The translations under genes were made by a program, and so were the position numbers. A DNA stretch of 64,000 bases from Caecitellus pseudoparvulus (taxonomy: Eukaryota > Protista > Bigyra: Bicosoecida). Positions 49,401-60,028 of this stretch are shown one piece after another; the first letter of the stretch is position 1, and each line of letters starts with the position of its first letter. The stretch spans positions 76,144 to 140,143 of the forward strand of contig CBFFRQ010000077.1 in NCBI GenBank assembly GCA_965644315.1, in the 5' to 3' direction. The notes beneath the pieces were generated by a model that saw nothing but the letters and a program-made list of their open reading frames with translations, did not search any database and was not told the DNA's origin.

Positions 49401-52033
49401 CGTGACGGTGCCTGGTCCAGTGGGGGGCGACACGGCCCCCAGCGCGCCCAGGATGCCCGCTGCGGCGGTGACGGCCTGGATGCCGTCGGCGTCGGTGCCT
49501 GCGACACGCAGCACCGCCACACACGCCTCCACAGCACCCTTGCCCAGCGCCTCTGCCGCTGTCTCCGGCATGAGGGCCAGCTCTCGCAGGCCGCCCAGGG
49601 AGGTGAGGGTGTCGGGCTCCACGGATCGACCAGCGCGCAGGGTGGCGACGAGGCTGCACATGATGCTGGTCGCGGTGCGAGCAGTTGCGACCTCGTCCAG
49701 GGCCCCCGTCTCCTCGTTCAGCACGCCGTGGCGCGCCAGTGACTTGGCCGTGTCCAGCAACGCAGCAGAGGCGGCGACACGCATGGAGGCGGCGCCCGCA
49801 CCGGACCCCTTGGCGTTGGTGGTGAGCAGAGACACCAGGGCCGCGACTGCGCCCCCCTGCACCATGCTCGTCAGCTGCGACGGGGTGTCCAGCAACAGCC
49901 CCACCTTCATGCACGCCACCGTGGCGGCGGCGAGGGCACTGTCGTCGGCCCTGGCGCCTTCGCCAGTGGACTGAAGGGTGGTCGCAAGGTCGCGTGCGAC
50001 CTCGTCGGTCGCGTCGCCTGCGACCGACCCGTGTCCCTGGTCCACCATCGCGCCCAGCAGGTCACGTGCGTGGGCCTTGGCCGTCGTCGCGCCCACCCCC
50101 AGACTGGCCACTGCAGGCAACACAGCGTCCACACCCCCGCACTGCGCGATGGCTGCCGCGCCTTCTGGCGTCAGGGCGACGGATGCCAGGAGGTAGGTCG
50201 CAACGGGGACGCGCTCGGGTCGCGTCGCGTCTGCCGCGCAGGCGTGCACATGTTGCACCAGCCCCTCCTCCGCCAGTAACACATCCACCGCCGCCTCTGT
50301 GCTGGTGAGGTACACACACACTCGCAGAGCGTCCAACTGGGCTGCTTCCTGTTCCGTGTGCAGCATGAGGCCGGCAGCGGCCGCCGGTAACGCAGCAGAC
50401 GGCGCCAGGGCAGCACCCTCCACCAGCAGTTGGGGCTGCAGCACAGACAGCACCTCCAGCAGCCCAATGCCTGCAGCGTACACGGCAGGCTCGAAGCCAC
50501 ACTCAGACAGCACCTGCACGAGGGCCTCTGCGCCGCCCCCCGCGACGAACGGCACTGCGCCGACACTGGGCGGGCTGTGCAGCAGGAGAGCCGTGAGGGA
50601 AGCCAGTACCGCAGCTAGTGCGTCGGCTGGCTCCCGCAGAGTGTTCAGCTGCGCCAGGAGTGTGTCCAGGAGGCCGCCTTGAACGAGGCGCTCGCCGCCA
50701 CTGGCTGCGCCTGCCGCCAGGCGCGTGACGGCGGTGGCAGCGGCAGAGACGGTGTCGGTGCTGAGGGACGCAATTTCCGCACCCCGACTGAACGTGGACA
50801 GCAGTGCGTTGATGGAGGCGCCCTGGTCCAGGACTTTGCACGCGACTTCAGGCTCCAGGGCCAAGTTTGCCAGCAGCCCCATTTGCGCGCCCAGTGACTC
50901 GCCGTCGGTTGACTCGGCCGCTGCCGCCTCCAGCTTGCTCACCATGGACGCGACATTGCCCTTGGCCAGCTTGCCGATGACACGCCCCCCCAGCTTGCTC
51001 ACCGCCGACAGATCCTGCAGTACAGGGCAAGCCAGGGCGCATGAGAGCGTTTCCAACGCACTGCCCTCCGTCAACGCAGCAGCGGCGGTGGGGTTGCGGG
51101 CCAGGCGCTCCACCAGCTGCATGGCGGCGGTGAGGGCCCCCGCGACACCCCCCTCCTCCTCCGCAACACGCCCCCCCCCCATGCTCTTGGACAGCGCCTG
51201 CCCCAACGCATCAGCCTGAGAGGCGGGCCGCTGCCGCTCCTCTGCAATGGCCGCCGCGATGCCCGGGTCAGTGCGGGCTGCGTCGAGAAAGGCGACGGCC
51301 GCCTCCGCCGCGCCTGCCGCCAGCAGGGCGTCTGTTCCGCCCGGAACACGGTTGATGCGTTCCAGGGCGGCCACACAGGCGGCCTTCACGCGGGGGTTGG
51401 TCGTCGTCGTGAGCAGGCGTGTCAGCGTCGGCACCAGGCCAGCAGCCAGCACTGCGCTGGGGCTGGTGCGGGCTGCTGTGTCCAGCAGCTGCAACGCAGC
51501 AGTGGCGGCGGGTGAGTCAGGCGCCTCCAGCACAGCCTCCAGCAGGTCCGCCATCACCGGCGTGTTCACGAGCTTGCCGGCCATGGCAGGCTTGCTGGCC
51601 ATGCAGCGTAGGCAGGCCACACAGGAGTCAAGCACGCCCTCATCACCTTTGTGCCGCGTGAGGACTTCGGAAATGGCGTCCAGGGCGCCCTCACGGAAGG
51701 CCTCCTCGAGGTTGCTCTCCCAGCCGTTGTACGGCGGCGTGAGCACCTGCGAGGGCGAGTGCGGAGTTTGAAGCGTTTCGGCGCTCCCGACGCGACGCAG
51801 CGCTGGCGCAGCGCACCTTCTGCAGGCACTGCACGGAGTAGGAGGCCAGCTGCTTGAACTTCTTGTGCTTGAGAATGCTGCGCACGAGGCCCCCCACAGA
51901 GTCCTGCGCGGGAGCAGGGCCCATCGCTCCTTGCACTGCGCATTGACACAGCGGGCACTTCCAGGAAACACACCTTGCCCCCGCCGCCGCCGCCGCCGCC
52001 GCCGCCAGTCTTTTTCACCTTGAAACGCGCCAT
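43461..52033 (-). CDS. Giant armadillo-repeat protein (~2810 aa) with WW-like module and C-terminal PH domain, GAC-like; introns 51904-51973 and 51747-51816
   Basis: Two 70-nt introns give MARFKVKKT-G10-KDSVGGLVRSILKHKKFKQLASYSVQCLQKVLTPPYNGWESNL. ARM-like helices run throughout, with FFYTDLSTGEAVWEAP (WW-like) and a PLC-type PH domain ending EARRWVDTLKLWM. Confidence 0.82.
51977..52006 (-). repeat. (GGC)n trinucleotide repeat encoding poly-Gly
   Basis: ccgccgccg... run on the + strand within exon 1 of the ARM-PH gene. Confidence 0.85.
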
Positions 52034-52528
52034 GACGTGCAAGGCGTGTCAGGCTGGGGCGCGATGCACTGCCGCCTGCGTTTCTCGCCCCGGTGCGCCG
52101 GCGCTGGCTCGTTCAGGAAGCCGGATGCGTGCGCCTGCAGCAGCGCTCTCGCACTATCCACCGAATGGCAGAGAAGGAGCGAGAGGTACACACGCAATGC
52201 TGCCAACCCCAGCGCTCTGCAATGCACGATGGGTGATCGTTTTGTACCAGGCACGTCTCGCTGCCCGGCAGCAGGCTGAGGCGTCGAGGCCTCTGGTCGA
52301 GCGTCTGCTGCAGTGCACTTGAGCGAATGACGAGGGGGGTGCGCACCCCCCTCACGTCCGCGCCCGCGCCGGCAGCAAGGCAGGGCTGCGAGGGGGTGCT
52401 CCGCAGCAGCACGCCGCGTTCCTGCACACATCCCAACCAGCACCCTCACCCAGCTGACCACCACCCTCGCTCGCTGCCTTGCTGTGAGCCTGCCGCCCCC
52501 CACACTCCGCCCTGCGCCACTCACCACC

Positions 52529-53920
52529 ATGGCCACCAAGCACACCCTGCCCACCGGGGAGGAACTGGAGCAGGCTCTGACTGCCTGGCAGGAGTCCTGG
52601 GTGCGTGCCCTCGCAGCCGCACCTGCCCGCGCACCCTGCAGCAGCTCAAGTGCACTTCCCCGCGCACCACGCACAGAACGAGGCCCACGCCGAAGACCAG
52701 GTGCGTGCAGGACTGGCACTGTTCGGTTCATGTTCAGTGTGCCTGTGCTCTGCGCTGGGGCCGCTCTGGTAGGCTGGTTGGTGCTCTGGCGTGGCGCGGC
52801 AGCCACCCAGGCCGCAGTGGTCTGGGTGATCTGGCGTTTCACCCGCACCTCAACCACAGTCCGCGCAGCCAGCGCCAGCCAGTGCCACGGCGGCAGAACC
52901 TGCGCTGCTTGCACACCTGACGTGCTCTCTGTGTTGGCTCGCCTGCTGATGTGCTCCATTGTCGCGTTGGGCCTGGGTGGGCTGGCAGAGCGCCTCTGTG
53001 CAACCGGCAGCGGCATTTCCGCACCTCCACCCAAACTTCCGCCACCGCCACCGTCCACGCGTGCCACTCCCAGGTCTCCATCTCCGAGGGTGGGCTGTCT
53101 GCGGAGAACATTGCTGCCTTCCTGGCTGAGCAAGTCGAGGTGAGTCGCTTGTCTTGGGTACTGGCCACACAGTCGGTCAAGTGGCTCTGGTGGTGCTGCC
53201 CTCTCACGAGCACCCAAGTCAACGCCACACCACACACACCACCCACCCCAAGCACAGGCCGTCGCTGCCGGCGAGGAGCTGACTGCCGAGGTCAGCGCCG
53301 CGGCTGGCACCGCCGGTGTGGAGCTGCCCGCTGTGGGCGCTGGCGCTGTGGGGTCAATCCTGACCACCTGGAACGCAGCAGCCCCTGCAGAGTCCGCTGC
53401 CGCGCCCAAGGCAGCGGCTGCAGCTGCTCCCGTGCCCCCCAAGCCCGCCACCGATGTCGCTGCCGCCGCCGCCGCTGCCGCTGCGCGCGACGCCGCTGAG
53501 CACAAGGCCAAGATGGACGCAGAGGGTGTGCGTTTCGGCCGCCTGAACGACAATTTCCGCAACCAGGACTTCTTCAAGAACAAGGTCAAGCGCACAGGGT
53601 GGACCAAGCCCCTGCCTGGGTACAGCCCATGCTGCTGCGGCAACAGCGCCGCGGACCTCGGCTACATCATGCTGTGCTTCCTGGCGCTGTACATCTTCGT
53701 GGGGCTGTTTTTCTGGGTCATGATGGAGTTCGCCCTGCAGACAGACGACTCCAACACCGCCCTGTGGATCTTCACGGGCCTCCTCGTCGCGCTGTGGATC
53801 AGCATTCTGGGCACGGCCTTCTCGGGCCCCGCCCACAACGAGGATGTGCGGGAGCAGCTGGAGGCCAAGGCTGCAGCCAAGCTGGCCGCCGCAGGCAGTG
53901 CCTCCGACATGGCCGTGTAA
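52529..53920 (+). CDS. Small two-TM membrane protein of unknown function; exons ~52529-52600, 52677-52700, 53074-53139, 53258-53920
   Basis: Canonical phase-0 GT-AG junctions, an Ala-rich linker, and a CCC motif preceding two hydrophobic helices. Strongly C/G-ending codons. Confidence 0.65.
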
Positions 53921-53946
53921 CGCGCCAGACGCAGCAGCGCCACCAG

Positions 53947-53965
53947 CACACACACACACACACAC
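53947..53965. repeat. (CA)n microsatellite between convergent genes
   Basis: cacacacacacacacacac. Confidence 0.8.
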
Positions 53966-54046
53966 CCCACCTGAATGCAACATGTGTCAGGTGACCTGAA
54001 TTCTCTCTCGCACGTGGGAGGCGGCGGCTAGTCACTTGCCGCCACC

Positions 54047-57000
54047 TCACTCCCTACTTGCACTTACACCCACGCCAGCACTCGCGTCGGCACCACTTGC
54101 CCCTGCAACAGCCACCTGCACGTGGCCCGCCCCACTGCCCCACTTGGACCGCAGTGCCGCCTGGATACGCAGCGCCGCAGCCTCCTCCTCCTCAGCCAAC
54201 GCCGCAGCGGCCGCGGCAGCTTCCTGGGCGGCCTGCAGCTCGGCACGTCGCGCTGCGACCTCCTTCTGCGCCGCCCGCCGCCGTGCCAGGCTTTGCACAG
54301 TCACGACGGCTTTCTGTCGCTCCTCCAGCGCTGCCTGGGCCTCTGCGACCTCTGTGCGACGTGCCGCAGCGGCCCGCCGCGCGGCGGCAGCACGAGCCCG
54401 GTTCTGGATCAACAGCGCAGCCTGGCGCCGGTGTTCCGCCTCGTCGGCATCACCCGGAACATCGCCGTCGTCGCCAGTGGGCGGGGGTGCTGGCGCGTCG
54501 CTGGAGGGCGCCGCAGCTGCAGGTGCAGCCCGTGCACGGGTCGGCGGCTGCGAGCTGCCGACGTGTTCCATGCGCGACCGCAGCGCCTCCTCTACCTCCT
54601 CCAGAGTCCGCCCCTCCGCCACACTCACGTCGTGTGACTCCACCTCCGCCTCAGCCGCTCGCACCGCAGCCAGGGCCCGCGCCTGAGCAGCCGCCGCCGA
54701 GGCCGCCGCCGTCGCGAGCGGTTCCAGGGCGTTTCTTTGGCGCGCCACCTGCTGCTGCGTCAGCCGCTGGCGGGTGGGGGAGGACGTCGTCAGAGCCCGC
54801 ATCTCTGCCTGCTCCACTTCCTCTGCCTTGGCCAGCCAGCGGTCGTGCAGCGTTTCCGCTTCGTGCGACGCCCACGCCAGTCCGGCGCGTTTCCGCACCA
54901 GGTCGCGTTGGGCGGCCTCGCGCTCGCTCAGCGCCCGCTTGGCAGCCAGCAGGCGCCGCGTGCTGGCGCCACGCACACTGCGGGTGATGGCGTGGGCAGC
55001 GTTTCTGCGGGCAGTGGCCTGGTCGCGCGCGGTGCGGCCGCGGTGCACGCTCTGCAGGCGGGTCGCGGCGTCGTCGCGGCGTGCTTGGTCGCGGCGAGCT
55101 GCCTCCCGTCGCGCCAGGCGCCCCCGCGCCGCACTCTGGATGGCGACGGCAGCCTGAGTTTCCTCGGCAGCCTGTCGCGCGGCGCGCAGGCCTGCGATCT
55201 GGGATCGCGCGCTGCGGCCGCGCACGCCCGCCTGGATGCGCGTCGCGGCCGCCGTTTCCGCCGCCTGCCGAGCTGTCGCAGCCGCCACGCGCCGCCCCTG
55301 GCGACCCCGCACGCCGGCCTGGATGCGTGTCGCAGCTGCCGCTTCTGCTGCGCGTTCTGCGGCGATGCGAGCGGCGTGGCGCCGCGCCGCCACGTCAGCC
55401 TTGGCCCGCCACCCGCGCACTGCAGTCTGAATGCGCGTCGCAGCTGCGACCTGCCGCCGCCCGTGCTCCAGTGCCGCCAGGTCTTGCCGCCGCTGCTCCG
55501 CAGTCTTGCGGGCCAGTCGACCCCGCACCAGGCGCTGCACGACTGTGGCGGCAGTGGCCGCTTCCTGTGCCAGCACCGCGCGCGTTCGCTGTTCCTCGGC
55601 TGCCATGCCAGCTCGCTCCCACGCTTCCGCCTTACGCTCGGCAGTTGCGACGCGCTTGGCTTCGGCTGCGGCCCGCCTTGCGGCAGCCTCGGCACGGGCG
55701 ACCTCGGCCTTGCGCGCGTCGGCAACCGCGCGACCAGCTCGACCACGCGCAGCGGCCTGAATGCGCGTCGCAGCCGACGCCTCGGCTGCTGCACGCGCCT
55801 GTGCGACCTCCAATTGACGCTCCATCGCAGCCTTGCGACCACAGCGCCCCCGCCAGGCGGCCTGCACGGCCACTGCGCCCGCCGCTTCTGCATCGGCACG
55901 TGCCTTGGCCGCCGCAGCCGCCTCCACCTCGGCACGTCGCTGTGCGGCTACGGCGCGACCAGCTCGACCTCTGGCGACAGCTTGCAGCCGCTGTGCCACT
56001 GCCTCGCGTGCAGCGGCTTCCTGGCGCAACGCGTCGCTGGTGCGGCGACCAGCGCGACCCCGTGCGAGGGCTTGCAGGCGCACGGCCGCGGCGTGGTCGC
56101 GGTCGGCACGTCGCCCTGAGACCAGGCGCCGCGCGAGGTGTGCCCGGGCCATGTTCTGGATGCGGGTGGCGGCCTCGGCTTCCGACAGCGGCGGCACTTC
56201 CACTGTGGGGAATTCGCCGTAATACGCGAGGTCCACCATCACACTCCCCGTACAGGGCGGCGCCTGCCCCTCCCGACCAGCAGGCGGCATGCCCACGCGA
56301 AACGCATCACCGCCCGTGCAGTGGAAGCCCCTCGCGGCGTCTCGCAGGGCGTGTGGGCCCAGACCCTCCCCGGCATGTCGCAGCAACCGATCGGTCGCCG
56401 TGTCCAGCCAGTGCCCTGTACCTGCCGCCGCCTCCGCCGCCTGAGCCAGTAGCCCCTCCCCCAGGAACAGGCGCGCCTCGAGAGCCTCGACGGAGGCCCT
56501 GCATGCGACCACATGGTCGCACGCGACCTTGAGGCTGCGTTCGGCGACGTCGATGTCCCCTCGCAACGCGCGACCACGCGCCTCCAGCTGCGACCGCTGC
56601 GCCCCCGTGCCCGCGTGCAGACCCGGACTGACAGGCGCATGCCACTGCACAGACTCCTGCAACACGGCGTCCAACGCACTGCGCAGGTTGTCAGCCTTGG
56701 TCGCAGCCGCCGACCGGGTTTCCAGGGCGCGAGCCAGCGACCCCCGAGCCCGCTGCAGCCTCCCCCATGCCCGCTCAAAAATGGCTGGCGGCAGCAGGGG
56801 CAGCATGAGGGTGGGGGGTGGAAACGCAGCACGGCGCGTCGGCGGAGGGAGCCCCGTGACGTGCACCACCGGACCCCCCCCATCCACCCCTGCCCGTGTC
56901 TGGGCCAGCACAGGCATGGGGGGTGCCTGCTGCAAGGCGAGGAGCAGCTGGGAGGGGGTGCTGGGCAGGGGCGGCGGGTGGCTGGTGGCAGGCTCCCTTC

Positions 57001-60000
57001 CGTCGGCGGCGAAACGCACCGTGGACTTGGACGGCGAGGCGCCCCCCAGGGGAAACGCACCAGGGCTGAACAGCGCCGAGCTGCCTGGGCCAAAGGCAGG
57101 GGGGGGCGGCGTGGCCAGGAGCGGCGCGAGGGCGGCGCCCAGCGCAGCTGGTCGCACCAGCCGACGTGGGTGGCACTCCAGCGCCGACATGCCGATGCAC
57201 AGGCGGTGTTCCGAGCTGCCATCTCCCTCCCACACCACGAACACACGGACCAGCCCCACCAGCGTGACACGGCACGCTCGAGCTGCCGCCTCGAACTCGT
57301 CGACCGCTGGTGTTCCGCGCTCGGCTGGTGCGACCAGCGTCAGCAGCGTCGAGTGCAACTTCGGTGGCAGGTCAGTCAGGCCGGCGGAGGGGCGCTGCGT
57401 TGGAGTCACACAGGCACCCCCTGGCGAGCCGGCTGTCGCCGCCGCCTGCCCCTCCAGCATGGCGAGAAACTTGAAGTACGGGTGGTCGCTGCGACCACCT
57501 GTTGCGACGCTGCTGGACAAGTAGGCGAACGAGCCCTGCCCCTCCACGGTGCGGCCGATGCGCTGGGCGCTCTGGGCTGCGAGCATGTGCTGGGCAGAGG
57601 CGGCGCCCAGTGCTGACGTGGAGGTCGGGACGCCGCCAGGCGTGAGGGGGGTGTAGCCCCCCCCCACACCCCCCTCCCCGAACACCCCCGCTCCCAGCAT
57701 GCGCAGAATGAGGGGGGTCATGGTGAAGGGTGGCGGCAGGGGGCGGGGCGCGGGAGGTGAGCCCATGCTCAGCGGTCGCAGGTCCGGCGTGGGCGCATCC
57801 CCCGCACCCCGCCCCTGGCTGTGAATCACCAGCCCCGTGCTGGACACGGCCCCCCCTCCACCTCCCCCCCTGGCTGCCGCGGCGGCCGTGTCCACTGCCG
57901 CCATGCCGGCACCGTGGAAGGGGGGTGGTTCCGCCCCCACGGGGAGCAGGAGTGTTCCGGGTGGTGCGGCACCCCCCCGGCAGGGCGCACTCCACAGCCC
58001 CAACGCGGCGGCCGCCGTGCCCTGCAGGAGGGGGGTGGCGGGGTCCCCCAGACCCCCCCCCTCCGCACGCACAACGCGGCCCCCCCCCACAGGGTCCAGC
58101 CCACCCCCCCCTAGGTCGGGCGCCAGACGGGCCTTGCTGGGGGACCGAAACGCAGCAGCGCTGCTGCGTTGCAGGGCCGCCTGGTCCCCCGCGTTCCCAG
58201 CCCCTGAGGGGGAGGGCCTCACCCCCCCTGCCAGAGGCGTTCGGATGAGCTGCCCACCTGGCCCGAGGGCCAACCACGCCCCATCGGGGGGGGGTACGAG
58301 GGGGGTGCGGGGGGACGCCACCGTCGTGTCCCCAACTTCAACTTCAACTTGCAGCCAGACGTCCCCCACCACCTCCCTCGCCGCCATGGCCCCTGGCCAC
58401 GCCACACCCCGCGCCTCACACACACCCCGCATGGCACGCGCATACGCCTCTGGCTTGATGCTCGCACTGCTCAACGTCAGCACGAGGTGTTCCAGCGCAG
58501 TTGCCGGCGCCTGTTCCGACTTCGCCTCCGCCTTCACCTGCTGTGGGCTGGGCGTGCTGGCCTGGGCTGAGGGGGGCGGCGACGGGGCGGAGGAGGATGT
58601 GGGGGAGGGGGGGGACACCGCCCCCACATCCCCCTCCCCCAGACGGGGACTGTCGATGGGCCCATACACCGCACTCTTCTCACTCGGCCGGGAAGGCGTG
58701 CGTAACGCATCACGCAGCAGCGCCTCCTTCTGCGCTGCCAGGGCGGCCTGGTACGCAGCAGGGGACAGGGTGGGTGCGTGTTGGTGACGCCGGCCACGGG
58801 GGGTGTCGCGGGCGGACCCCCCCCTCACCTCCAGCGCGAGGGGGGGTCGCGCAGACGCTCGGTAGCGCCCGCCACCCCCCTCCCCCGCCTGGGCCAGCTC
58901 CGCCTGCTGGGCAGTGTACGCGTCGTGGAAGGCGGCCTGCTCTTGTAGCGCCAGGGCCAGGCCCGCTGAGGGCCCCCCTGTGTGGTGGGAGCCCCCCCCC
59001 TCCCCACTCCGCCGAGGGGACCCCAGGCCCAGCCGGACAGAGCTGGACCCGCCTCTGCCGCCCAGCGACACCCCTGCCGGCATGCCAGCCCCGCCCCGTG
59101 CTGCACCGTCCATGGTCGCAAGTGCCGACCGCCGAGGCTCGTCGGCGGCTCGCTCGGCACGTCGCCGCCGCCGACGCTTGGCGCCGTCGCCACTGGCCTG
59201 CCTGGCCCGCTGGTGGCTGGTGAGGGGGTCTTCTGGGCCGTACGGGTTGCGACCGGAGTCGCGGGAGGGGTGGGGCCACACCTGTGAGTCACGAGTGGGC
59301 TGGGCAGGTGAGCGCACCAGGCGCCGGCCTCGTCGACGGCGATCCCGGGAGGTCGCGCTGCGACCCGCCGCTGGCTCGCGGGGCCCTCCTCGCGCCCTGC
59401 CCTCGTCGGGCGTCCCCCAAGCTTGGGTTGCAGGTTGGAGGTGCTGGTGGGTATGGTCGGGGAGAGGTAAGTGGGCTGCATCGGGCAGGGGGGGTGACGG
59501 TGCGTAGTCCTCCTCCACCCACCCCCCCTCCTCCTCCTCATCCTCTGACCGCAACTCGTCATAGTCTGCGAACACGCCCAGCGGCGCAGCCATGCGAGGG
59601 CGCGCAGATGCCGGTCGGTCGCGGAGCGGGTCGCCGCGCGACCTCGATCCCACCCCACCCATGCTCACTGCCGACGTCGCGCCAGCGCTCTGTGGCCTGC
59701 GACGGGTTTGTGGGTGGGGCGCGGCTCCAGCTGTCGCCACTGGCTGCGTCATCGGATACGGAGCAGCGGCCGGCGCTGGTCGCAGCTGCCGACCACGACG
59801 AGGGGCAGGCACAGTGCCTGAAGTCCGTATGTGCATCAGGCGCCTGCGGTGTGCTTCGTACTCCTGTGCACAGGGCGGGGCAGGCGTGAGGGCCGTGCAG
59901 AGTGCCCGGTCGCAGCGACGTGCCGCGCCTGCACCATCCTTCCACCCCCCAGCACGCACCGACAAGACTTCGTGGCGCCCGCCCACATTGCGCACGTCTG

Positions 60001-60028
60001 CATGGAAGCCAGCCCTCCTCGAGGACAT
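54047..60028 (-). CDS. Large multi-IQ-motif coiled-coil protein; probable in-frame intron 59864-59959
   Basis: About 15 IQ-like motifs (e.g. ATRIQAAARGRAGR, ATRIQTAVRGWRAK) in the C-terminal third and a disordered Pro/Gly-rich N-terminal part. Confidence 0.8.
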   Translation of the reverse strand: MSSRRAGFHADVRNVGGRHEVLSVRAGGWKDGAGAARRCDRALCTALTPAPPCAQEYEAHRRRLMHIRTSGTVPAPRRGRQLRPAPAAAPYPMTQPVATAGAAPHPQTRRRPQSAGATSAVSMGGVGSRSRGDPLRDRPASARPRMAAPLGVFADYDELRSEDEEEEGGWVEEDYAPSPPLPDAAHLPLPDHTHQHLQPATQAWGTPDEGRARGGPREPAAGRSATSRDRRRRGRRLVRSPAQPTRDSQVWPHPSRDSGRNPYGPEDPLTSHQRARQASGDGAKRRRRRRAERAADEPRRSALATMDGAARGGAGMPAGVSLGGRGGSSSVRLGLGSPRRSGEGGGSHHTGGPSAGLALALQEQAAFHDAYTAQQAELAQAGEGGGGRYRASARPPLALEVRGGSARDTPRGRRHQHAPTLSPAAYQAALAAQKEALLRDALRTPSRPSEKSAVYGPIDSPRLGEGDVGAVSPPSPTSSSAPSPPPSAQASTPSPQQVKAEAKSEQAPATALEHLVLTLSSASIKPEAYARAMRGVCEARGVAWPGAMAAREVVGDVWLQVEVEVGDTTVASPRTPLVPPPDGAWLALGPGGQLIRTPLAGGVRPSPSGAGNAGDQAALQRSSAAAFRSPSKARLAPDLGGGGLDPVGGGRVVRAEGGGLGDPATPLLQGTAAAALGLWSAPCRGGAAPPGTLLLPVGAEPPPFHGAGMAAVDTAAAAARGGGGGGAVSSTGLVIHSQGRGAGDAPTPDLRPLSMGSPPAPRPLPPPFTMTPLILRMLGAGVFGEGGVGGGYTPLTPGGVPTSTSALGAASAQHMLAAQSAQRIGRTVEGQGSFAYLSSSVATGGRSDHPYFKFLAMLEGQAAATAGSPGGACVTPTQRPSAGLTDLPPKLHSTLLTLVAPAERGTPAVDEFEAAARACRVTLVGLVRVFVVWEGDGSSEHRLCIGMSALECHPRRLVRPAALGAALAPLLATPPPPAFGPGSSALFSPGAFPLGGASPSKSTVRFAADGREPATSHPPPLPSTPSQLLLALQQAPPMPVLAQTRAGVDGGGPVVHVTGLPPPTRRAAFPPPTLMLPLLPPAIFERAWGRLQRARGSLARALETRSAAATKADNLRSALDAVLQESVQWHAPVSPGLHAGTGAQRSQLEARGRALRGDIDVAERSLKVACDHVVACRASVEALEARLFLGEGLLAQAAEAAAGTGHWLDTATDRLLRHAGEGLGPHALRDAARGFHCTGGDAFRVGMPPAGREGQAPPCTGSVMVDLAYYGEFPTVEVPPLSEAEAATRIQNMARAHLARRLVSGRRADRDHAAAVRLQALARGRAGRRTSDALRQEAAAREAVAQRLQAVARGRAGRAVAAQRRAEVEAAAAAKARADAEAAGAVAVQAAWRGRCGRKAAMERQLEVAQARAAAEASAATRIQAAARGRAGRAVADARKAEVARAEAAARRAAAEAKRVATAERKAEAWERAGMAAEEQRTRAVLAQEAATAATVVQRLVRGRLARKTAEQRRQDLAALEHGRRQVAAATRIQTAVRGWRAKADVAARRHAARIAAERAAEAAAATRIQAGVRGRQGRRVAAATARQAAETAAATRIQAGVRGRSARSQIAGLRAARQAAEETQAAVAIQSAARGRLARREAARRDQARRDDAATRLQSVHRGRTARDQATARRNAAHAITRSVRGASTRRLLAAKRALSEREAAQRDLVRKRAGLAWASHEAETLHDRWLAKAEEVEQAEMRALTTSSPTRQRLTQQQVARQRNALEPLATAAASAAAAQARALAAVRAAEAEVESHDVSVAEGRTLEEVEEALRSRMEHVGSSQPPTRARAAPAAAAPSSDAPAPPPTGDDGDVPGDADEAEHRRQAALLIQNRARAAAARRAAAARRTEVAEAQAALEERQKAVVTVQSLARRRAAQKEVAARRAELQAAQEAAAAAAALAEEEEAAALRIQAALRSKWGSGAGHVQVAVAGASGADASAGVGVSASRE

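Noticed and set aside
53630-53745. Resemblance of TM1 region to the Na,K-ATPase beta-subunit N-terminus
   Set aside because: The similarity is weak and hydrophobicity-driven; a second TM follows and there is no ectodomain.
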